From the NCBI GenBank assembly GCA_000025185.1, contig CP001848.1, positions 4,620,001 to 4,652,000 of the forward strand: a stretch of 32,000 nt of DNA, read 5' to 3'. The notes beneath the pieces were generated by a model, which saw nothing but the letters and a program-made list of their open reading frames with translations, made no database searches and was not told the DNA's origin. The translations under genes and the position numbers were made by a program. Numbering within the stretch: position 1 is the stretch's first letter; each line of letters opens with the position of its first letter. Of this stretch, positions 25,046 through 32,000 are shown piece by piece. The stretch is from Pirellula staleyi DSM 6068 (lineage in GTDB: Bacteria; Planctomycetota; Planctomycetia; Pirellulales; Pirellulaceae).

Positions 25046-26299
25046 TTACGAGAGTTCTGTTCGAGGGTAGAGCATCTGCCGCGCGAGCTGACGCCGGTCA
25101 GCGGGGCGAATATCTTCCGGAACATTCTGACCACTCGTGGTGTAACTGAGAGGAATCGCAAAATCTCGCAAAACAGGCAATAGCGACGCTGGCGAAGCAG
25201 CTTCATCGAGCTTGGTGATCACAAGCGACGTAGCACCTACGCGCTCAAATGCTTCACGAGCCGATTGCAAAGCCTCGCGCGAGGCGACGCTAGCGAGCAC
25301 CAAATGAACCTCGTCAGGCTGGGCGATATCGAGCATCGAACGCAATTCCTGCAGCCGGGCTCCATCGCGAGGACTGCGTCCAGCGGTGTCGATCAGCACA
25401 AGGTCGAAGTCGGCAAACCGCTCCAGAGCGGCTGTCATGTCGCGCGGCTGATTCACTACTTCCAAGGGAAGCTGCATGATCGTGGCATAGGTTTGCAGCT
25501 GATCGACGGCGGCGATGCGATACGTATCGACCGTGATTAGTCCTACACGAGCACCTTGCTCGAGCCGAAATTTTGCTGCCAGTTTGGCAATGGTCGTCGT
25601 TTTGCCGACACCGGTCGGACCGACCAGGGCAACGACTCGGCGTTCGCGTGAATAGAGACGAATCGGGCCACCAATCGGAATATCGCATTCCATTTGGCGG
25701 AGCAGCAACTCGCGCATCTTGGTCGGATTTTGCCAAGCTTCTTCTGTCGCAGCAGCGGCGACTTGCATCACCAGCACTTCAGCGGCAACCTGATCGAGAT
25801 TAACTGCAAGGAGCTCTCGCACCAATTGTGCGAGCAAATCGTCGCGGTGCTTCGAGCGAAAGTCGACTGTCGCCAGCTCATGCTCGAGCGACAGCCCATT
25901 GTCTTGAAGCCGCGAGCCAGCATGCTTTACCGAAGGCAAACGCGTGCTTCGCTGATCAACCGTAGTTTTGCGATCGGCAAAATTCGCCGAGGAAAACGGG
26001 ATCGTAGCAGGCTTTTCACCGGACTCGCTGAGGGAGAAGGTGACATCGTCGTCGCTAGCGTAATCCACTTCGGAAGAATCATCCGATGAAGCGTACTCCC
26101 GAGCAGAATCTTGTTCATTTGACAACACCTCGGCGTCGGCTGTGGCCGTCACTTCGATCTGACTAGTCCCCGCGAGCCACTGAAAAATACCAGGGCGAAG
26201 TCGACGCGTATGCAAAATGGCGGCATCGGGCCCCAATTCTTCGCGCACAAGACGCATAGCATCTCGCAAAGAGTTCGCTCGATAAGTCCGAAGATCCAT
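25046..26299 (-). CDS. flhF: Flagellar biosynthesis SRP-type GTPase FlhF
   Basis: N-terminal B-domain (MDLRTYRANSLRDAMRLVREELGPDAAIL) and an acidic linker. NG domain with G1 LVGPTGVGKTTTIAKLA, G3 DTAGRS and G4 ITKLDE. Confidence 0.9.
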   Translation of the reverse strand: MDLRTYRANSLRDAMRLVREELGPDAAILHTRRLRPGIFQWLAGTSQIEVTATADAEVLSNEQDSAREYASSDDSSEVDYASDDDVTFSLSESGEKPATIPFSSANFADRKTTVDQRSTRLPSVKHAGSRLQDNGLSLEHELATVDFRSKHRDDLLAQLVRELLAVNLDQVAAEVLVMQVAAAATEEAWQNPTKMRELLLRQMECDIPIGGPIRLYSRERRVVALVGPTGVGKTTTIAKLAAKFRLEQGARVGLITVDTYRIAAVDQLQTYATIMQLPLEVVNQPRDMTAALERFADFDLVLIDTAGRSPRDGARLQELRSMLDIAQPDEVHLVLASVASREALQSAREAFERVGATSLVITKLDEAASPASLLPVLRDFAIPLSYTTSGQNVPEDIRPADRRQLARQMLYPRTELS

Positions 26300-26428
26300 A
26301 AATGCTCAACGAAAAAAGCAGTCGGTGTGGCCACGGGAAGCGAGTGGGGCAATTGGTCGAAACGTTGTCACACTCGTGAGAAGCGGTATTTAGCAAGATG
26401 TCGAAAAATTTTCTCTAGCAATTCGCTA

Positions 26429-28501
26429 CTACTTTCCATCGATATCGGGGACCACTCCCAGAATATCGACTTTGGTATCACGCGTCACTTCGTTGAAACT
26501 GAGGACATGCAAACGGGGAAGGTTGCCCGAGGTCATGAGCTTCAGACCAGCGCGAATCTGCGGACTAACGAGGACCAAGGGACGCTTGCCGCCGCGAGTA
26601 AGCTTGGTGAGTTCGCCCGAGATTCGTTCGCAAACGCGCTCGACCACCGCAGGCTGTAGCCGCACGAACAAACCACGCTCGGAATGTTCGACCCCCGCAG
26701 CAATCCGGTCCTCAAGAGCCGGGTCGAGCGTGAGGACATGCATGCGGTTCTCGGCATCGCGATAGCGCGAAGAAATGGTGCGAGAAAGCCGATTGCGAAC
26801 GTATTCCGTGAGGAAAACGGGATCTTTGGTTTTGGTAGCCCAGTCGCCTAGCGTTTCGAGAATGGTCGACAAATTGCGAATCGAAACTTCCTCGCGCAGA
26901 AGCATCTGCAGCACTTGCTGCACGTCGGAAATTTTCATTGGCGCAGGAACGAGTTCGTCGACGACGGCAGGGCTCGTTTTCTTGAGTTCGTCGAGCAGAT
27001 GCTTGGTGGCATCGCGGGTCAGCAGTTCATCGGCATGGCGACGAACAACTTCCTGCAAGTGAGTTGCGAGGACAGCCGTTGGTTCCACTGTGGTATAGCC
27101 CATCATCTGCGCTCGCTCGCGCAAGCCGCTATCGATCCAGACAGCAGGCTGATTGAACGCGGGGTCGCGCGTCTCAATACCTGGTACCTTGCCTGTCGTA
27201 GCACCTGAATCGATCGCTAGGAACTTGCCCGGCAGGACTTCGCCTGTTGCCACCACGTTCCCCGAGATCTTGATGCGATACTGATACTCGCCCAGTCGCG
27301 TGAAATCTTTGACACGGACTTTTGGCAAGATAATGCCGATGTCGTTGGCCACACCTTGGCGGACCGCTGTGATGCGTGGCAGAAGGTCGCCACCTTGCTT
27401 GGGATTAGCTAGACGAATCAGACCAGCGCCGATTTCAATTTCCATCGGATCGACCGAAAGAAAATCTTCGATTCGCTCTTCGGCGGGTTTGGTGGCAGCT
27501 TCAGCAGCCTTGGCATCGGTGACAGCCTTGGCTTCTTCGCTCTTCTGCTTTCGCGAGAGCATCAGAGCCAACCCACCACATCCCGCACCAATCGCCAGCA
27601 GCGGTATCTTCGGCAGATTGGTTAGCACGAGCACCGCGACAAACCCACCAGCGACGATCAGCGTTTGCGGATTACTGAAGAGCTGCTGCAGGAAAACCAT
27701 CGGCAGGTTTTGTTTTTGCGAACTACGCGTGGTGAGCAAACCAGCGGCGAGCGACGTCAGAAACGCCGGAACTTGACTCACCAAACCATCGCCAATCGAG
27801 AGCTTGGTGAACACTTCGGCCGATTCAGCAATATCCATGCGATACTGCACAACTCCGATTACGAAGCCACCCAGCACATTCACCAGCGTGATGATGATGC
27901 CAGCGATCGCATCACCACGAACGAACTTACTAGCACCATCCATGGCACCGAAGAAATCGGCTTGCTGAGCCACTTCCTCGCGTCGACGCTGAGCTTCTTT
28001 ATCGTCGATGATCCCGGCATTCAGGTCGGCATCGATCGCCATCTGTTTGCCTGGCATACCATCCAGTGCAAAACGAGCCGCCACTTCACTGATGCGCGTA
28101 GCACCCTTGGTGATCACGACAAACTGAATCACGACGATGATGACAAATACAATGATACCGACAACGATTTGGTCGCCAGCGACAAATTCGCCGAACGCCC
28201 GAATCACACCACCAGCAGCGTCCATCCCTTCGGTGCGAGCATGCGTAAGAATGAGTCGCGTTGAAGCGACATTCAGCACGAGTCGACCGAGAGTCGTAGC
28301 CAGCAGCATCGTTGGAAAGATGTTGAACTCAAGCGGCGTGCGAACGTAGATGGTGGTGAGCAGGACAATCACCGAAACCGTGATGTTGATCGCGAGCAGC
28401 AAGTCGATCAGCTCCGACGGCATAGGAACGAGAATCACCAGCACGCTGGCGATAATTCCCACGGGGAGCACAAGATCACGAAGCTGAGACAAACGAGACA
28501 T
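26429..28501 (-). CDS. flhA: Flagellar type III export apparatus protein FlhA (FHIPEP family)
   Basis: 690 aa. The FHIPEP N-terminal membrane domain is present (…FPTMLLATTLGRLVLNVASTRLIL…FVAGDQIVVGIIVF…ITKGATRISEVAARFALDGMPGKQMAIDADL…), followed by the cytoplasmic C-terminal domain. Confidence 0.95.
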   Translation of the reverse strand: MSRLSQLRDLVLPVGIIASVLVILVPMPSELIDLLLAINITVSVIVLLTTIYVRTPLEFNIFPTMLLATTLGRLVLNVASTRLILTHARTEGMDAAGGVIRAFGEFVAGDQIVVGIIVFVIIVVIQFVVITKGATRISEVAARFALDGMPGKQMAIDADLNAGIIDDKEAQRRREEVAQQADFFGAMDGASKFVRGDAIAGIIITLVNVLGGFVIGVVQYRMDIAESAEVFTKLSIGDGLVSQVPAFLTSLAAGLLTTRSSQKQNLPMVFLQQLFSNPQTLIVAGGFVAVLVLTNLPKIPLLAIGAGCGGLALMLSRKQKSEEAKAVTDAKAAEAATKPAEERIEDFLSVDPMEIEIGAGLIRLANPKQGGDLLPRITAVRQGVANDIGIILPKVRVKDFTRLGEYQYRIKISGNVVATGEVLPGKFLAIDSGATTGKVPGIETRDPAFNQPAVWIDSGLRERAQMMGYTTVEPTAVLATHLQEVVRRHADELLTRDATKHLLDELKKTSPAVVDELVPAPMKISDVQQVLQMLLREEVSIRNLSTILETLGDWATKTKDPVFLTEYVRNRLSRTISSRYRDAENRMHVLTLDPALEDRIAAGVEHSERGLFVRLQPAVVERVCERISGELTKLTRGGKRPLVLVSPQIRAGLKLMTSGNLPRLHVLSFNEVTRDTKVDILGVVPDIDGK

Positions 28502-28637
28502 ACGGGATCACCAGGTTCTGCATGCGGTAAATCGTTACCGGTTTTCGCCAGGCTGGCTCGAGCGAACCAACTAGCCACTGCCAGCAAGCGGGGCGAAAGT
28601 TACTGGCAAAGGGCTGAAAAGTCCAGGTCGTTTTCAT

Positions 28638-28655
28638 ATCACTGCCAGCAGTGAT
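28638..28655. repeat. 18-bp palindrome ATCACTGC-CA-GCAGTGAT in the divergent flhA / DUF374 intergenic region
   Basis: Perfect 8-bp arms (28638-28645 and 28648-28655). The core CACTGCCAGCA also occurs as a direct copy at 28576-28586. Confidence 0.6.
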
Positions 28656-28781
28656 GGCATGCAGAAAACCCTAGCCCGCTAGCGAACAATCGCTAGCAGG
28701 CCTTGTCAGCTGTAACCGGAGCAGAGCACCGACAACTGATCTGTAGTGAGTTTGCGTGAACTGCTACGATCCGACGCAAGC

Positions 28782-29576
28782 ATGGCGAGCGAGCAGAAGC
28801 CAGCTGCGTGGATATTGCGAAAAGGATGTCGGATGCTGAGTAAAGAACGAACCGCCAACATGATTGGTTGGGCAGTTGCATCTTACGGCCGTGCCTGGAT
28901 TCGGACGCTGAAGGTCCATCATTCCCTGGCAAACGAGCTCGACAATCCCCGCACTGGTGCCAAGGGTGGACTCTACTGTTTGTGGCACGAAGATCTGCTG
29001 ATGATGAGTGTGTTTTTTGCCGACTGTGGCATTCATACGCTGATTAGCAAAAGCACCGATGGCGACTACGTGACACGGATGGTGGATCACCTCGGTTTTC
29101 AAGCCATTCGGGGTAGTACCGGACGGGGTGGACTTCGTGCGGTTCGTGAAATCATCCGTACGATTGGCCACGCCAATCTTGCGATCACGCCCGATGGTCC
29201 CCGTGGACCACGGCGCGAGTTTCAAGAGGGAGCTGTCTATCTGGCATCGCGAACGGGACTCGATTTGATTCCTGTCGTGGCGGCCTACGATAACGTTTGG
29301 CGATTTCGCAGCTGGGACAAAATGGCGTGGCCTCGCTTTCGATCGCGTGTTGTCGTGCGATTTGGCAACCGCATTCGAGTGCCAGGCGATGCAGGCTCAG
29401 CCGATCTGAAAGAATATCACCAGACTATTTCTGCTTCGATGACAGCGGAAGAAGAGTGTGCCAAAGACATTCTTGCCGACTGGAAAAAGGGGGCAAAAGT
29501 CGAGATCATTCGCGACTTTCGTCCCGAAGTGGCGAAGCAACCGAAGCCTGCTCCTGCTTTGCAAAAATCGGCCTAG
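28782..29576 (+). CDS. DUF374 / lysophospholipid-acyltransferase-like protein
   Basis: Motifs LYCLWHEDLL, SKSTDGDY...RGSTGRGG and AITPDGPRGPRREFQEGAVYLASRTGLDLIPV are typical of DUF374. The first ATG is at 28782. The tool's start at 28746 is a GTG, so the start is uncertain. Confidence 0.65.
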   Translation: MASEQKPAAWILRKGCRMLSKERTANMIGWAVASYGRAWIRTLKVHHSLANELDNPRTGAKGGLYCLWHEDLLMMSVFFADCGIHTLISKSTDGDYVTRMVDHLGFQAIRGSTGRGGLRAVREIIRTIGHANLAITPDGPRGPRREFQEGAVYLASRTGLDLIPVVAAYDNVWRFRSWDKMAWPRFRSRVVVRFGNRIRVPGDAGSADLKEYHQTISASMTAEEECAKDILADWKKGAKVEIIRDFRPEVAKQPKPAPALQKSA

Positions 29577-29592
29577 TGCTGCGCTGTACAAG

Positions 29593-30390
29593 CTAAGGGA
29601 GCATGAGTAGGTCGTAGACGACCGACAAATCGCTCGCCACATGCAATCGCTCGTGCAAATCAGAGGGGAGCGACGCAATGCGCTCGGCCACTCGGGGATC
29701 CTCTTCAGCGATCCAAACGACTTGATAGCCAGCGAGCAATCCTCCCACGACATCGCAGTAGAAATCGTCTCCTACGAGGAGCATCTCGCTGCTGGCATGC
29801 TTCAATCGCTTTTCAGCCTCACTGAAAAATCGGTGATCGGGCTTGGGATAACCAAGCTCTGAGGAAATCAGAAGCGCATCGAACTGTGCGAGGGGATCCA
29901 GCGCGGCACATAAGGGGCGAAGTCGAGCATCGAAGTTCGAAGCGATGGCGAGCGCCGATAAACGCCCTTGCTGGCGCTGCTCGAGCAACGCCTCGAGCAG
30001 CCTCTCTGCGCCGGGCATCAGCTGCCAATGCTTCGCCTCGGCAAAGTGCTGCCACAAGTTTCGAAAGAGCGGCTCGGACTGTCCGATGGAGAGTTCGAAC
30101 ACTTCTGCCACGATCCGTTGCCAGCGGGCAAACTCCGAAGGCTCGCTGGTAGCAGGGAGTTCGAGAAACGCGGGCAGCGAATCCATCGCGTAGCCGACCG
30201 AGCGATCGCGCTGCATCGCAAGAGCGAGACGCTGCTTCACCTCGGCCTCGGAAATCGAAATGCCGGCATCGTTAGCCGCTGCTGTGTAGGCCGAAACCAC
30301 CGACGGGACGGCGCGCAGCAAGGTTCCCACTGCATCAAAAAGAACGGCCCGCACTTGCGAAAGTACGGGCCGAGTTGGTTTTGATTTCAC
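29593..30390 (-). CDS. HAD-superfamily hydrolase (subfamily IA-like)
   Basis: Motif I AVLFDAVGTLL, a helical cap region, and motif IV LLVGDDFYCDVVGG. There is no ATG at the N-terminus. Candidate starts are TTG 30453 (overlaps rseP by 47 nt), GTG 30390 (no overlap) and GTG 30354 (gives M-RAVLFDAVGTLL). The 5' end is therefore uncertain. Confidence 0.75.
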   Translation of the reverse strand: MKSKPTRPVLSQVRAVLFDAVGTLLRAVPSVVSAYTAAANDAGISISEAEVKQRLALAMQRDRSVGYAMDSLPAFLELPATSEPSEFARWQRIVAEVFELSIGQSEPLFRNLWQHFAEAKHWQLMPGAERLLEALLEQRQQGRLSALAIASNFDARLRPLCAALDPLAQFDALLISSELGYPKPDHRFFSEAEKRLKHASSEMLLVGDDFYCDVVGGLLAGYQVVWIAEEDPRVAERIASLPSDLHERLHVASDLSVVYDLLMLP

Positions 30391-30406
30391 GTGTAAAACA
30401 TCTCGC

Positions 30407-32000
30407 TTAGAAGAAAAACTGCGAGATGCGGCTGAGATCCATCGCGGTCGCAAAAATCATCAGCGAGAGCAGGAACAAAATGCCCATAACGGTGAGTCGC
30501 ACTTGCAGCTGTTCGTTCACAGGCTTTCCACGAATCCATTCGGCGGCGAGGAAGAGCATATGCCCACCGTCGAGCGCGGGGATCGGCAGGAAGTTGATCA
30601 CTGCAAGATTCGCGCTCAGCATCGTGAGGAAGAGGAGCAGGATTGGAATACCTGCGGAGGCGTGACTTCCGGCAGCACCCAAAATTCCGAGAGGCCCGGA
30701 CAGATTCGTGGGTGAAATCTGCAGTGTGACGAGTTTCTGCAGCACCGTGAGGACTTCGGTGACCCGTTCCTTGATTTCACGCGCGCCGAGCGCGAGTGCT
30801 TCGCCAACCGACTTTGCTTGGTGTAGTGTGGTGAATGTCTCGGTGGTGATGCCCCGCGATTCGTCGAGCAGCGTTTCGGAACTGACAACCTCGACCGGTT
30901 GGCTCGTGATCGTTTCGGGTTTATCGCCGCCACGGGAAGCGGTAATGGTGGCTTTCGTTCCGAGCGGAACCAAGCGGAGCAGTCCTTGCAGGTAAACCAG
31001 ATTCTTTTCGGTGTCGTCGAGAATAACTTCGGGAGTTTTCAGCGTCAGGTAGTTGAGAAACAGTTTCTCACGATCCTTGTCAGCAAATTCGAAGGTGACC
31101 TTATCGATCTTGTCGCCAGCAGCGAGCTTCGACGATTCATCAGCAGCTGCAATCGTTCGGTCGAGTTTAACGGCAACTCCAATCGGCTCGGCGGCAATCG
31201 ACGTTGCGAAGTTGGCAGTCGAGAACATTGGAGGAGCAACCGGGGTGATCTTCACTTCACGTACGACCCGCTGATCGCCCGTGGCGGCCCGCTCGACTTC
31301 AATCGTGATCTCTTTCCCGACATGAGGGAGCAATTGCTGCGAGAGAGCGAGTGGATTCTCGATCTTCTCTCCTTCAATGGTGAGGAGTTTATCGCCGACG
31401 AGAATGCCTGCCGTTTCGGCAGGAGAACCTTTACGAACACTAACCACCAGGCCCATGGTGGGAACCAAACCGAGTGAGTTTTCGCCGCGTTCGGGAATCG
31501 TTACTTCAAGCGAAGTGGGTTCGCCACTTGGTTTGCCATCTTCGGATTTTGGAGTGCGGCGAATTGTAAGGCCGATCGGGCCGGAAGGCTTGGAAGCGAA
31601 TGTTTGAACGAAGGCTCCGTAGTTTTTCACTTCGGTGCCGTCGACGTGCGTGATCTCGTCACCTTCCAGCAGCGGCTCGGAACTTTTTGCGCTAGTAGGA
31701 AGAGCCCCTTGCATCAGGATGGTCAGATTGCTCGTCGGCTTCACGCCGATTGTGGCCTGTTTGCCAGTTCCTTGATCGCGCAGACGTGGCCGCATCGAGA
31801 GCCATTCTTCGGTTCCGTCGGCGCGGCGAACCAGTACGTCCAGATCTTTCTCGACGCCGTTGAAAATCACCGAGCGTTGCAGGTCGTTATAGCGCAAGTG
31901 CTCGTAGGGGGAGCCGCTTTTGCCAAACTGCAGCACACGATCGTCGGTTCGAAGACCAGCCGCCCAAGCAGGTTCACCAGGAATGGAAACCCCAACTGTT
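30407..32000 (-). CDS. rseP: RseP-type site-2 (M50) intramembrane zinc metalloprotease, C-terminal part with multiple PDZ-like modules (5' end right of the window)
   Basis: The frame stays open through 32000. Translating upstream of the tool's GTG at 31936 gives ...TVGVSIPGEPAWAAGLRTDDRVLQFGK, a PDZ-like ligand-binding region. The C-terminal membrane part has the S2P motif NLAVINFLPIPALDGGHMLF. The HExxH part must lie beyond the window. Confidence 0.85.
   Translation of the reverse strand, partial: TVGVSIPGEPAWAAGLRTDDRVLQFGKSGSPYEHLRYNDLQRSVIFNGVEKDLDVLVRRADGTEEWLSMRPRLRDQGTGKQATIGVKPTSNLTILMQGALPTSAKSSEPLLEGDEITHVDGTEVKNYGAFVQTFASKPSGPIGLTIRRTPKSEDGKPSGEPTSLEVTIPERGENSLGLVPTMGLVVSVRKGSPAETAGILVGDKLLTIEGEKIENPLALSQQLLPHVGKEITIEVERAATGDQRVVREVKITPVAPPMFSTANFATSIAAEPIGVAVKLDRTIAAADESSKLAAGDKIDKVTFEFADKDREKLFLNYLTLKTPEVILDDTEKNLVYLQGLLRLVPLGTKATITASRGGDKPETITSQPVEVVSSETLLDESRGITTETFTTLHQAKSVGEALALGAREIKERVTEVLTVLQKLVTLQISPTNLSGPLGILGAAGSHASAGIPILLLFLTMLSANLAVINFLPIPALDGGHMLFLAAEWIRGKPVNEQLQVRLTVMGILFLLSLMIFATAMDLSRISQFFF

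Noticed and set aside
28502-28745. A sigma-54 promoter (TGGCAC-N5-TTGC) upstream of flhA, as seen in some polar flagellates.
   Set aside because: Two TGGCAG sites exist on the minus strand, but neither has GC at the -12 position (GG-N10-GC fails).
1-32000. Mobile elements, a prophage, a CRISPR array, tRNA or rRNA genes, toxin-antitoxin or recognisable defence systems, or a compositionally foreign island.
   Set aside because: I saw no transposase, integrase or recombinase-like translations, no regularly spaced direct repeats, and no tRNA-like T-arm or cloverleaf in the intergenic gaps. Apart from short intergenic AT-rich patches, there is no obvious shift in base composition. An exhaustive computational scan was not possible.

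Overview
This is a dense, mostly chromosomal-looking window of moderately high GC content with about 30 protein genes. I found no rRNA, tRNA, CRISPR array or mobile element. The gene content (zinc-free TopA with a lysine-rich tail, multi-PDZ RseP, TMTC-like TPR membrane protein, secreted M1 peptidase with HEAT repeats) suggests a Planctomycetota/Pirellulales-like genome, but that is inference only.

Left to right:
- topA 3' end, acpS, an orphan sensor histidine kinase, and a secreted M1 aminopeptidase with a HEAT and coiled-coil tail.
- Two low-complexity envelope proteins: one Tyr/Pro/Ala/Thr-rich and secreted, one membrane-anchored with an acidic pentapeptide tail.
- A VOC / diadenylate-cyclase / GNAT run.
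- nnrE, and an FmdB zinc-ribbon gene paired with a DUF2007, 4xCxxC, tail-anchored gene.
- A five-gene polyphosphate island: ROK kinase, ppx, ppk1, SixA-like phosphatase, CHAD.
- A tightly coupled GtrA, FAD-oxidoreductase, TMTC-like GT-C/TPR operon.
- A flagellar block: flhA, flhF, flhG, an 83-aa membrane ORF, fliA.
- A DUF374 acyltransferase-like gene, a HAD hydrolase, and the 3' part of a multi-PDZ rseP.

The best candidates for something undescribed are:
1. The GtrA/FAD-oxidoreductase/TMTC-like operon, a possible bacterial lipid-linked-sugar protein glycosylation module.
2. The extended polyP island, with a ROK kinase translationally coupled to ppx and a phosphohistidine-phosphatase-like gene next to ppk1.
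3. An FlhG whose P-loop has lost both lysines but keeps the FlhF-activating DQAxxLR N-terminus.
4. A diadenylate cyclase with an apparently CdaZ/DacZ-like architecture and an RHR-to-RHW change.

All functional calls rest on motifs I could read in the supplied translations. No database search was possible.
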